DNA of 62,930 nt, counting the filler, from Guillardia theta CCMP2712 (lineage: Eukaryota; Protista; Cryptophyta), in assembly GCF_000315625.1 (NCBI RefSeq). It is 4 parts of 4 records of this genome, joined end to end, with 100 filler letters (N's around TTAATTAATTAA, not from the genome) between each part and the next. Parts side by side here need not be neighbours in the genome. Positions count along the whole stretch, not along the records: positions 1 to 30,538 come from NW_005434454.1; 3 more parts are not named here. One strand, given 5' to 3'. Positions 1-14,589 of the stretch are shown in pieces. Under the pieces are notes generated by a model that had not been told where the DNA came from, did no database searches, and saw only the letters and a program-made list of their open reading frames with translations. Position numbers and translations under genes: made by a program. Numbering within the stretch: the first letter of the stretch is position 1; every line of letters starts with the position of its first letter.

Positions 1-75
1 TCCTCCTCCTCCATCATGATCATCATCAGCACCACCAACACCAACACCAACACCGATACCAACACCACCACCACC

Positions 76-171
<96 letters not shown>
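1..171. repeat. compound microsatellite (ACC)n/(ATC)n/(AGC)n
   Basis: Directly visible trinucleotide runs; probably intronic (followed by a pyrimidine tract and CAG at ~207). Confidence 0.9.
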
Positions 172-173
<2 letters not shown>

Positions 174-207
174 TCCATCCTCTCCTTTTGCTCATCCCTT
201 CCGTCAG

Positions 208-3289
<3,082 letters not shown>

Positions 3290-3295
<6 letters not shown>

Positions 3296-4130
3296 ACTGA
3301 GTGCAGGGCTCCGCCTGGTCGCTGGATTAGGCCCGTTTCCCGCCGGCTCCCAGATTCCAGATTCCAGATTTTTTCATACAAATATAAGTCAATTTCTTTT
3401 TTTCTCCTCCAAATGTTTTGGAGAACTCAACTATAAGTCATTTTAATTTGAGAATGAAACGATGCGGTTGACTTTCCCAGATTTTGCTTTTCGAATGGGC
3501 AGGCACTATATGGAAATATACTATTAGCTCAATCGAGAAAAATTGTTAGAAGGTAGGGAGGGTACGCTTGGAGCATCAAATATGAACAGGCAGGGGACCC
3601 CACCCCCTCTCAGTATGTATTGAAAGCACCGGTGAATATTTCGGGGTAAATTTCAAATCACTTTGAATAAAGTCAAAAATCTGGAATCTGGGAGCCGGCG
3701 GGAAACGGGCCTTACTGTAACCGTCACACGTTTTATTCCACTGGGCAGTTCGGGGCCCGGGGCCCGGCCGCTGAGCAGTGAACATCCCGCAGGCCCGGGA
3801 TGGTGGTCAGACTTTTTTCACTCGCCCCCCCGGGCCAGCGGCGCAGCGGCACCGTCAGTCCGACTGTCATCACATCCTCGCATGCCACTGTGACTCCGCT
3901 CCGACTCCGAGGCGTGCCGGCCTACGGTGGCCCCGGTGACAGGGGAAGGCTCGGAGGCTCACTGGCCCGGGCCCCCCGATGATGCCAGGGCGAGGTCCCT
4001 CGGACTCCGATGATCGGACGGTGGCCCGGCCCGGCGGGCCCTGACAGGGCCCGTCCCGGAGTCAGGCCCGGGCGCCGGCGGGGGGACCGACGGTTCAGTA
4101 GTGACTTCACGATGGTGTAACGGAAGTGTA
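3290..4130. other. non-coding patchwork island (AT-rich, then GC-rich CCGGGCC/GTGAC words) upstream of katanin
   Basis: Non-periodic recurrence of ggcccgg, ccgggcc, cggtgac, gtcagt; no credible ORF. Confidence 0.55.
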
Positions 4131-4166
4131 ACGAAACGATTGGAAAGATCTAGATGACTGGTCGAA

Positions 4167-6008
4167 ATGCAGGACGAGGTGCGGAGGGAGAGGAGGGGAG
4201 GGGCAAGGGCAGGGCAGGGGGAGGGAGAGGAGGGAGAGGAGGAGGGAGGAGGAGGAGGTGGTGGTGGTGGTGGAGAGAGAACAAGGTTTTGCATCAATCA
4301 ATTCCATATCAACACACCATACAGACGATGAGGACGAAATTGAGCACGAATCGACAGAAGTAGAGGAGAGGAAACTGAAGCTTGAGCGCACTATTGCCGA
4401 ACAACTCACAGAACAGAAAGATGAAGAAGCATACTTGACTTGAAAATGATTCCTTCTCACCTGACCTCTGGTGCAGAACAACAGACGATGATAAACATAA
4501 ACTTGACTTGTACATCAAGATAGGAGAGGTCAGAGTAGCACGTCAACTGGAGGTATGAGTCAGGATATCAACCTCCAACGTGCTATCTATGCTTCCCTCC
4601 AATCTGCTCCTCGCCCACCTCCAGTGAGACAACAGCCTGCTCGTTTCTCGAGCTCTTTCGGTGAAATCTCTCTCCATGTTTCTTCCCTCCCTCCTTCACT
4701 TTCTCTCTCTCTTCGTCCCTCATCTCCACTGCCTGATTTCCCTCCAAACCTGCGATCCCCGTCGTTCTTCGTCCTCCCTCCTCCCTCCTCCCTCTGTTCC
4801 CCTTCCCTCTCCCTTCTTCCTCCATCCTCTCTCCTGCACGTTAACGCTGACGCTTCTACCAACTAGTTCCCGTTGACAAGTTGGTAGGATGGATGAAGAG
4901 GCAGGGGAAGGCGAGCATGTCCTCGTTAGACTCAACGAGCAGGACGACCGGCAGGTCAGGCACCATCCTTGCGGAGACATGCAGCAGCCCTACAGTCTTC
5001 ACATGGGAGCAGTCGGAGGAGAGCGCAGTGAGCGGCCTGCTGCAGACAGTGAGGCGCGAAGATCTGTTGAGACAGACAGCGGGAAACGCGTTCTGAGAGC
5101 TAACACTTCTATCGGTCAAGACGACGAATCCTTGTAGCATGCTCTCCCTCAGCTTCACCCCGATGTCGAAGGTGTGGAGGCTGGAGAGGCAGGAGAATGG
5201 TGGGTGCGAGACTATCCAGGAGAGGACAGACAGGTCTATCAAGCTCTCCTCCTTCATCAGCGTCGTCCTGCAAGCTCGAGGGAACGCTCTCAGCGTCACT
5301 GGGGACGGAAAGAGCATTTTCACTGACATCCAGCTGCCTGACGGCAGCCTCCATGGGCTGGTAGGAATCGGAGCCACGCTCGCTCGCGCCTCCTTCCGGA
5401 ATTGGAAAGTCAGCAGCGCCGGTCAAGGAGGGCAGCAGGGGTCGGGTAGTTCAGAGGGGCTGAGACCGGTTCTTCCTCCTCAGGCCAAGTACACTGGAGA
5501 TGACGCGAAGTTTGTGGACATGATCGAGAGAGACATCCTCGACCGCAAGCTCAACACAAAGTGGGAGGATGTAGCAAAGCTGGACGACGCCAAGAGGATT
5601 CTGCAGGAAGCTGTCGTCCTCCCTCTCCTTATGCCGGATGTCTACACTGGGATCCGTGAACCGTGGAAGGGAGTTCTGCTCTTCGGTCCTCCAGGTAGGA
5701 TTAGGGGGGAGAGTGAGAGGGAGAATTGTTGACAGAGAAGGGAGGAGCGAAGTAGAGGAAGGAAGGAGGATAACGCATACAGTGGTTGATTGGCGTGACA
5801 GGAACTGGCAAGACTTTGTTGGCGAAGGCAGTTGCTTCCCAGGTTGGTTGGAGGAAAAGGAGGAAGAAGATATGAGGGTGAGGGTGAAGAGAGGAGGAGT
5901 GTGGGAAGGAGATGCAGGAACAGGAGGAGAAGAGTGTGAAGGAGGAGGAGGAGGGGGAGGAGGAGGAGGAGGAGGAGGAGGAGGAGGGGGTGGGTGGGGT
6001 AGGGAGGC

Positions 6009-6076
<68 letters not shown>

Positions 6077-6771
6077 TTCTTACTTGTCTTCAGGCTCAGA
6101 CGACTTTCTTCAACGTCGGGCCCTCGACCATCATCTCCAAGTACCACGGGGAGAGCGAGAAACTGGTCCGCGTGCTCTTCAACATGGCGCGGCACTACGC
6201 ACCCAGCACCATCTTCCTGGACGAGATTGACTCTATCATGTCAGCACGAGGGACCCAGTCAGAGCACGAGGCCTCGCGCAGAGTCAAGGGGGAGGTCCTG
6301 TCTCAGATGGATGGTATCAGCAGGGATCTAGCTGGGCCCGGCAAGCTCGTTATGGTTCTCTCCACCACCAACAAGCCCTGGGACCTCGACGACGCTCTGC
6401 TTCGGCGCCTTGAGAAGCGGATCTATGTGGCTCTGCCGGACCAGGAGGCTCGTAGGGATCTGTTCGCCATCAACCTTAAGTCCGTCATCGTCGACGCTGA
6501 CGTCAACCTGCCCCAGCTCGCGTCAGACTCCGAGGGCTACAGCGGGTCCGACATCTTCACAGTCTGCCGGGAGGCGTGCATGGCGCCGATGCGGCGGCTG
6601 ACGTGTCGCTTCTCACCGCAGGAGATCATGCAGATGAAGAGCAGGGGAGAGCTTGACCTTCGGGTCAGCATGGACGACTTGACTGCCGCCCTCAAGTCAA
6701 CGTCACCGTCGGTGCCTCGCAGTTGCCTCGGGGATTACGAGAAGTGGAACCGAGAGTTTGCGTCGTCGTGA
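4167..6771 (+). CDS. katanin p60-like (meiotic clade) AAA ATPase, multi-exon
   Basis: IERDILDRKLNTKWEDVAKLDDAKRILQEAVVLP; PWKGVLLFGPPG|TGKT (Walker A split by an intron at ~5695-5801); IFLDEID Walker B; EHEASRRVK; TTNKPWDLDDALLRRLEKRIY; C-terminal YEKWNREF. Start approximate. Confidence 0.92.
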
Positions 6772-7039
6772 GGGAACGAGGGAGGGAGGGAGGGAGGAGG
6801 AGGAAGCGAGGGATAGGAGAGGAGCGACGGAGGGAGAGGAGAAGGGGGGAGTAGGAGTAATAGTAGTTACTTACTTTTATTCATGCCTTGAATGCTATTG
6901 CTTCGCCTTGAGCATCAAAAAACAAAACAAAAGAAACCAGAAAAACAGAGAGGAATCGACCAGACACGACAAGACATACTCATGAAGCATGTTGTCTACA
7001 GTCAGGCAAACACCAGATACTCCATAGCACATGTTCACT

Positions 7040-8629
7040 TCACTTCTTCTTCTTGGCTTTCTTCGCTGCCGCTGCCCCCTTCGCTGCTCCTGCCCCTCGT
7101 TTCCCACTTGACGGCTCGTCAGCGGGAGGATCATACACAGGAAAGGAAGACTCGTCGACGTCCTTGTCCAGCAGAAAGCAAGTGTGGCCCACACCTGCAG
7201 CAACCTGTACCAACATTGTGAGAGGTCCTCCTGAACCATCTCTCCCTCCCTACCTTCTTCACTGTGAAGCCAGTCAAGCTTGAGACTATGTCGGGGTTCG
7301 CGCTCGACTTCTTGCTTCCGCCATACCCAAGTTCGCCATACTTGCTCGTCCCCCATGTGATGACATGTGGAATCGACTCGCAGCCTTCGACCCATGGTCG
7401 GCGAGGCTCCTTGTTTCCATCGCAAGAGATCGCAAAAGATTCGTTTCCAAATGACAACGAACGCACGCGCCATCCTCCCAGGTTGTGCTCAGCATGCGGG
7501 CGAACCTTCCAGACAACATCAGCAACACAAGAGAGATCATGCCTTCGTACCTGCGACTCTCCGACCTTCTTAATCTGCCCCCAAGTGTACAACTGGCCGA
7601 TGCCATCGACTGCTCCGGATGAAGCCCCGCCTGCTACGACCAAGTCCGGGTTCTTGATGGCATGGGGACCCTGGAAAAACTCGACCTGGAGAGAGGTCAT
7701 CGACGCATGGGGGAGTGTTGGTATGATACCTTGCATGGACGTTTTCGATCGTGCGGGTCGTTCAGTCCTAGACGACCATATCCGTTGTAACCCCATGCCC
7801 ACAAGGAGCCATCATCCCCTACAGCAAGCGTGTGCTTGTTCCCACAGTAAACCCGCTGGATCACTGGCGGTTCCACAATGGCACCCAAAAATTCTTTGCC
7901 TTTGCTATCAGAGAGATGCCTGTCGAGATTGTCAACATGACTAGAGATCACCATCGTCCTCGTACCACTGAGTGATCTGGGTAGGAGTAGAGACTTCGCG
8001 GAAGCCCTGACGGCCCGTAGCGATGATGAAACGACCATCCGTTCCATGGCCAAGCGCACCATACTCGGGATGTCCGAACGAAAACACTTTGCCTTCCTCA
8101 TTCACGGCAATGGAGAACTCGGCTCCCGCTCCCGCGTGAACGATCTTGCTTCCGAAGTTGACGGGCTTCGGCTTGTCTTCCACCTCAGAGGTTCTTCCAA
8201 TTCCACACTCACCAAACTTGTTCGTTCCACAGCACCAAACTTGCCCCGCATCTCCAAGGAAGATCGTGTGAGTCTTTCCGACAGCAATATTTACAACAGT
8301 CTCATTCTCCAGAGCTTTGATCAGAGTAGGCGAGCTCCTGTTGGACTTGTCTCCTTGACCCAACTGACCTGTCTCATTCCTGCCGAAGCTGTAGCAGGAC
8401 CCGTCGCTTGTGAGTGCGATACAATGAGTAGATGAGGGCCCGGTGAAGATCGAATCGAATTTCAGTTTCAAGGCTGGGGCGAAGACGGTAGGGACGTTGA
8501 GATTTTCACCTGATCTACAGGTCAAGATGAAAACCGTTGGCATCAGAACTTACCCGAAGGAGTTTCGCCCTTCTTGGGATTCCTTCCAGATTGCTCCCAC
8601 GAGGTGCAGCCAGCAAGCAAGAGAGACAT
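7040..8629 (-). CDS. RCC2: RCC1-repeat protein, RCC2/TD-60-like
   Basis: Several RCC1 repeats (FGRNETGQLG, WGYNGYGRLG, WGTSKYGELGYG). RCC2-like segments: LLLAGCTSWEQSGR, FGHPEYGALGHGTDGRFI, GYGGSKKSSANP. Basic C-terminus KKAKKKK. Further 5' exons are possible. Confidence 0.85.
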
Positions 8630-8949
8630 TTCTGGCAACGAGCAACATCAAAGACGATCGGGCTAAGAGAATCGATGGCAGAATTAACCAAGTTCCCTCG
8701 TTACATCGTCTGAATGAGAGGAAAAGTTCTCAATGAATTTAGCAGTGAGATTAGAGAAACGCAACAGGGAGGAAGTAGAAGTGGAAGGGAGGGAGAGAAA
8801 GACGAACAGGCCGGGGAAAGTTGGTAGAGGAAGGTCGGAGGTGCGGAGTGCGTGTGGGAGGTAGATAGGAGGAGGGAGCAGAAGGGAGGGATGAAGAAAC
8901 AGAACTGCATTGCGCCGCAAGTTTTCCCGCCTTTCTGCTCATACCTGAA

Positions 8950-9665
8950 GAGGTGGGGGTAGTTGAGGAGGATTCCACTTGTTTGTAGAGGTGGGGGTAC
9001 ATAGTTGCACAGATAAAAGGTGGGTGGTGGGTCATTTTCCTGTCCAGTACCCGGTGTTATCCGTGTGAAATAGGGATAAAGGTACCGGTCAATTGACTAT
9101 CGGCAGTGCCCGTGATTAGATGGGAGATGCAAGGGGTGTACTACCCTACCGGTGTGGAATTTCATTAGAATAGAGGGGGTAGGGGTGAATTGTCAGGGGG
9201 TAGGGGGTAAGAGATCCTCTCTGATGATGGACGCATTATAGGCCTCTAATTTTAAAGTTGGGGGTGGGGGTAGAGAAGCAACCGGTCAAATGGAGACAGG
9301 CTGGGTGGGGGTATTGGAAATACCCCCACCCAGGGGTGGGGTACTCAGATGAATAGGGAACTGACCTTGTATTATGGTCAAAGAAGGGGTAGGGGTATCT
9401 TGACACGGGGTAGTGACACCAAAGCATTGTTTAGGACAGGCTGGGTACAATGATCAGACCTGTGTGCCATGGGGGTGGTCTCAACCAGGGGTACTTAAAT
9501 ATGGGTAAGTGGGGGTACAGTATGGAGGGTTGGTGGGCGAGATGATCTTAAAATGGACCCACCCTTAGCAGCTTTTGTTGTACCCCACCTTGTCCAAGAA
9601 CATAATCTAAAGAGGAAAATACCACCATGTACCCCACCCAAATTTACCCCCTACCCCCTCTAATT
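8950..9665. other. GGGGTA/GGTGGG motif patchwork in divergent promoter region
   Basis: Dense non-periodic ggggtag, ggggtac, ggtgggtc and taccccacc words between RCC2 (-) and the GSKIP-domain gene (+). Confidence 0.6.
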
Positions 9666-9739
9666 ATCCACTACAATGCACTGCAGAGTTCACTTGGCGT
9701 TCTCGATGCCATGATGTACAACTGTCGCCAACGATAACG

Positions 9740-10195
9740 CAGCTCCTCCTACTCCTACTACTGCTCGTGCTCATGATCGTGCTCCTGCTCCTGCTCCAGC
9801 TCCAGCTCCAGCTCCAGCTCCAGCTGCTCCTGCTCCTACTACTGCTCGTGCTCGTGCTCGTGCTCCAGCTCCAGCTCCAGCTCCTGCTCCTCCCGCTCCC
9901 GCTCCTGCTCCTACTTCTGTTCATGCTCCAGCTCCAGCTCCTGCTCTTGCTGCTGCTCCTGCTCCTGCTCCCACTCCTGCTCCTACTACTGTTCGTGCTC
10001 CTGCTCCTGCTGCTCCAGCTCCTGCTCCAGCTGCTGCTCCAGCTGCTCTAGCTGCACCTGCTGCACCTGCTGCTCCTGCTCCTACTACTGTTCGTGCTCC
10101 TGCTGCTGCTCCTGCTCCTTCCTGCTGCTCCCACTCCTGCTCCTGCTCCTGCTCCTGCTTCTCTTTCTGCTCCTGTTCCTGCTTCTACTACTGTT

Positions 10196-10237
<42 letters not shown>

Positions 10238-10240
10238 CCT
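9740..10240. repeat. degenerate (CTCCTG/CTCCAG/CTG)n microsatellite
   Basis: Directly visible. Confidence 0.9.
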
Positions 10241-10364
10241 TCTCAACAACATGAATTTTTCGTGAGTGGCACCTCAAATGGATAGGTTGATGTTTCAGAT
10301 GAGAAGCTGTTTCTTGTGCGAGGAACTGATGCTTGGATTCTCTGCAGAAGCAACAAGAGCAGAC

Positions 10365-10694
10365 ATGTCCGATGACGAGCAGGCGATCGATGAAGACATT
10401 GTAGCGTCGATCACAGAAGTGAAGCCTCGAGTGGAGTCGATTAAGAGGTTGGAGATGGAGATCAGCGGTTGTAGCGGAGTGCCAGCGTTGAAGATCAAGA
10501 CTCTTGAAGGAATAGAGCTTGTCGTTAGCGTGTCTGTCAATGGCTACCGGATTGAAGAATGCTCTCGCCAGCTCAAGATGAAGGACTTCGACAGCTTGCA
10601 CGCTCTCTTGTCGGAGACTAGCAAGGCGTATGTGCAGAAGTTTGGAACCTCGCTGGAAGAAGCGTTGCTAGCGCTGAGTGAGAAGGACGGATGA
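10365..10694 (+). CDS. GSKIP-domain (DUF727) protein
   Basis: IKTLEGIELVVSVSVNGYRI...FDSLHALLSETSKAYVQKFGTSLEEAL matches the GSK3-interacting protein domain pattern; ATG at 10365 is in frame. Confidence 0.8.
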   Translation: MSDDEQAIDEDIVASITEVKPRVESIKRLEMEISGCSGVPALKIKTLEGIELVVSVSVNGYRIEECSRQLKMKDFDSLHALLSETSKAYVQKFGTSLEEALLALSEKDG

Positions 10695-10864
10695 GATGTG
10701 ATGGGAAAAGGATGGAAAGACAAACAGGCATGTAAATATCTCCGAGTGAAGAAGAAGGGTAGAAAGCTCGTTGTGGGATCCGAGTTTGATCCAAAGGAAC
10801 TGAGATAATTTTGTGTTGACTCTTTAAGATCCAGCGGGCTTGCAGTACAACGCCAGAGGCATTT

Positions 10865-13499
10865 CTAGTAGAAGTAGGGCTTAGCTCTTTTCTCCTTTCT
10901 CTCCTCCGAGTAATCGAAGATCTAGAGGGCAAAGTGAAGTGAACGGCTGAATGGTTTGACAAGACATCAAAGAAACTTACGGGCTCTGGTTGTGTCTCCT
11001 TGTATGCCCCCATGTACTGTCATGCGCAGCGTAAGGATGTGGGGAGGAAGGGGAGGAGGAGGAGGAGGAGAAAGGAGGGTGGATGGGAGGCGGGGGCGGG
11101 AGGAGATAAGGATAAGGATGAATCGAGCAAACCTCAGGATTCTTGTCAACTTCAGCATACTTGAGCAGAGCTTCACGAGGATCTTGTTCGAGGTAAGCCT
11201 GTGAGAACAAAGGTAAGTGAGGCAGAAGATGCAGGGGGGGGGGGGGGGGAAGGGGGAACGAAGGAGTAAGAGAATGGAACGATCAAAGTTGTAGTGAGTT
11301 GGGATGGGCGACCTTGACAGGATCCGCACGATCCTTTCGCTTTTGCTTCGAGGTTGTTGCATACCTGCCCTCACGGAACATGGGCAAGGGATGAGGCGTG
11401 TAGATATGCCCCACCTGCAAGCAAGTTTCAAACAGAGAAACTCCTCCCTCCCTCCCTCCCTCCCTCTCCTCTCCTTCTTCTCCCTCCTCCTTCTCACCGT
11501 TCCAATGCCAACGTTGGTGATGTCAGCCTTCTTGGGCTGCTTTCCTACTGCGCGCATGATACCAGCTTCGCTCTTGCGCGGGTCGTACAGGATGTGAGCC
11601 TGTCCCATGGCAGTCCCGACGATGAGCTGGTTTATCTTCTGATGCCAGAGGAGGCTGACAACTGAGCCGGAAGGAACGCTCAGAGTCTTGACGGGCTTCA
11701 GCGTGTTCTTCTCATACACATGGACGTGCCCAGCACCCAGCGGAGTGCCATCCTTGCCCTTCTTCACAGAGGATCCCGTCAGGAACAAGTGATCTCCGGG
11801 ACTGAAGATCGCCTCTGTCGTCTCGAAGTAGTTGTCGAGCTCGGTGAAGGCAGCAAGCGACTCCTTCAGCTTCCGCATGTCCCACACCTTAAGAGTGTCG
11901 TCTCGTCCTCGAGAAAGCATCATGTTCCCGTCCGCTGACACACACACGCTCGACGGCTCCGTGCCTGGCTGGTGGGCCCCCTTGGCCTCATTGTGGGCCC
12001 TCTGGGTCGATCCGCGGGAAATCGCCTTTCCGTCCCAGATCTGTGAGAGTGCCGTGAGCAGAGAACATGCAGAGGAGTCGAGGAGAAGGAGAAGCGAGGG
12101 TAAGAGGGGAAGAGAGGTGGAGGAGAGAGGGAGGGTAAGAGGGTAAGAGGAGAAGAGAGGTGGAGGAGAAAGGGAGGAAGAGGAAAGAGAAGAAGAGATG
12201 GGACTTGACCTTGATACAGCCATCATCGCATGCTGCTACGATGTCGCCTGTTGGAGTGTAGCAACCAGCATACGGCATGGCGCGCTGACCTCTGTCAGTC
12301 TTGCACTTGATGACAGTCATCTGAGAGATCTCAAGTCAATCTCTACAAGTCTCGTCATCGCATCGTCGCACCTGCTTCTTATCACAAGTGTTGACATCCC
12401 ATATCCTCACTGTCCCGTCGATGGCTGCCGTCATACAGTGATTCTTCGACACCGGACTCCATCTTGCCACTGTGATGGAGGAAACATGCCCTTTGGTCTG
12501 CGACATATCGTGCACGTACATGTCTCCTTTCTGGAACTCAGCTTGCTTTGCTCCCTCTCGGGTGAAGATGAGAGCAGTATTCTTCGACGTAGCACACAGG
12601 AACCGATCCCCTGTTGCCGTGTACTGGATCGATCGCAAGGTCTGACCCTCGTAGGGCGTCAGCTCCCTGAAGGACTTGAGAGTGTTGTTCATCCCGTTGA
12701 AGTCCCACATCCTGATCTTGCAGTCGAATCCTCCTGTCAGGAGACGAGCAGCTGCGGGATCCAACGCCATGGTCGACACGGCCTTGGTGTGTCCACGTAG
12801 CACAGCTTCATGCGTGCATGGAACTTGACCCCCCATCCCGTCGTCGTCATCGCTGTCATCCATCTCATCGTCGTCGTCGTCATCGTCGTCGTCGTCATAA
12901 TTGTTGTTGTTATCGTCTTCTTGAACACCCTCAACCTCCTCAGCCTCATCCACCTCCTCCTGCGAGGGATACTGCGACTTCAGAGCTCCTTTGGCCGCAG
13001 CCTCTGCCTCGTCGATCATCTTCTTGAGATCTTCCTTCCCGTCTGGCATGCGCTTGAGCTGCTGGTGGACCTTGCTGAGATCGAGGTCCTCCTCCTCCTT
13101 CACCTTCCTCACCCGCTGATCCACGTGCCTGCCAGGGGCGAACGACATGGGGAACTGAAGCCGAAGATCGTCGTTGGCTACTGCAACCTCTACCTCATCG
13201 ACCGGCACCTCCCCCACAACCTGCGGCTCATCCTCGTCCTCGTCCTCGTCCTCGTCCTCCTGGCTCTTCCTCTGTGGACCCTTCATGGCCCCTATCGGCC
13301 TTTCAGGTCCTCCACGCCCGCCTCCGCCGGCTCCGCCGGCTCCCCCTGCTCCTCCTGCTGCCTCCTTCCTGTTGACCTTGGGTACGAAGGCAGCCTCTCC
13401 CAGGTCCTCAGGTCCATCGTCTCTTCCTCGAGCTGCTCGCGCCTTCCTTAGCTCCCGCAGCTCGTCCTCGTCCTCGTCCTCGTCGGCACCCCTGCGCAT
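10865..13499 (-). CDS. WDR70: WD40-repeat protein WDR70/GAD-1, multi-exon
   Basis: FPMSF; HEAVLRGHTKAVSTMALDP..RLLTGGFDCKIRMWDFNGM; KGDMYVHDMSQTKGHV; SRGRDDTLKVWDMR; C-terminal QDPREALLKYA..AYKETQP; last exon IFDYSEERKEKRAKPYFY*. Confidence 0.92.
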
Positions 13500-14589
13500 T
13501 GTCTTCGTGTGGGAGAGGCAGGGGTGGGTAGTTTATATGCCTTTTGTCACAAGAGGGTAGGGTAGGAGCGAGGGGCAGGAAACTCCTTCCTCGAAGTCTC
13601 TTCCCTGCCATCGTCCCCTGCTCCCCACTGCCTCTGCCTCTGCCTCTGCCTCCCCCATCCTTCCCTTCCCCCCTTCCCCTCTCTTCCCCCTCTCCCCCTC
13701 TCCCCCCCTCCCTTCCATCCCTTTGCTCGAGTCAGAGCTGATGGAATTTAAGTGAATGATCAGATCAGATTGTGCTGCATGGGATGATGTGAAAGTTGGT
13801 CATAGATGGATTGCATTCCGACTTTGTAGCAGATTTATCGTTCCATAGAAGGATAAAGACGATTGTCCCTGCTCCCTCAATTTAGTTTGGATCAATTTAG
13901 TTTGGATTTGTATTGACACAGAGAGTCTGCCGGAGACAGTTTGAGAGATCCTGAAACTAGAAGTCTTCTTGTGAGTGAGACTGCAAAGCTGAGTAGTATC
14001 GGGCTAGTGACAAGACTAGAGGTAGTCGAGTTGATGAAGGTGATGTACACCTACAGCTCATTGCTGGTGCCTTTCATGATCTTTACATCTGAGAGCATTC
14101 TTCGGAAATTGTGTGTTTTATGCACATGTTGCATTGTAAGCTAGGGTCTCGTGATGACGTTACACCAGACTCTTTTGTGTGAGATAAAAGTAAACCTTCA
14201 ATCTCGCGAACAGCGAACATGTTGCCTCCATTATATCTCAACCATTTCTAGGGGATGATGATTACACTATCATGACAGAGAAGCATGAAACTGCAAAGAG
14301 TACATCTGAAACTTTCACAACGAGCTGAGTGAAACAGCAGAGACAAGCAAAGAAGGAGATGATTACAAACATTGCCCGATGCTGAGATTGTTATGTGACT
14401 ACTCTGGACCAAAGCTGCATCGAAAGCAGAGTGGCAGAGCAGAGCAGAGCAGATGAAATGGAGATGGAGATGGAGTCGAGTTCAGTGTGCAGACGAGAAC
14501 AAGGTGAGAAGAATGGAAAGAGGAGTAGAGGAGGATAGGAACGACCGAATCGCGGTTTGCATTTCTTCAGAGGTTCATGGTTTGCAAAG

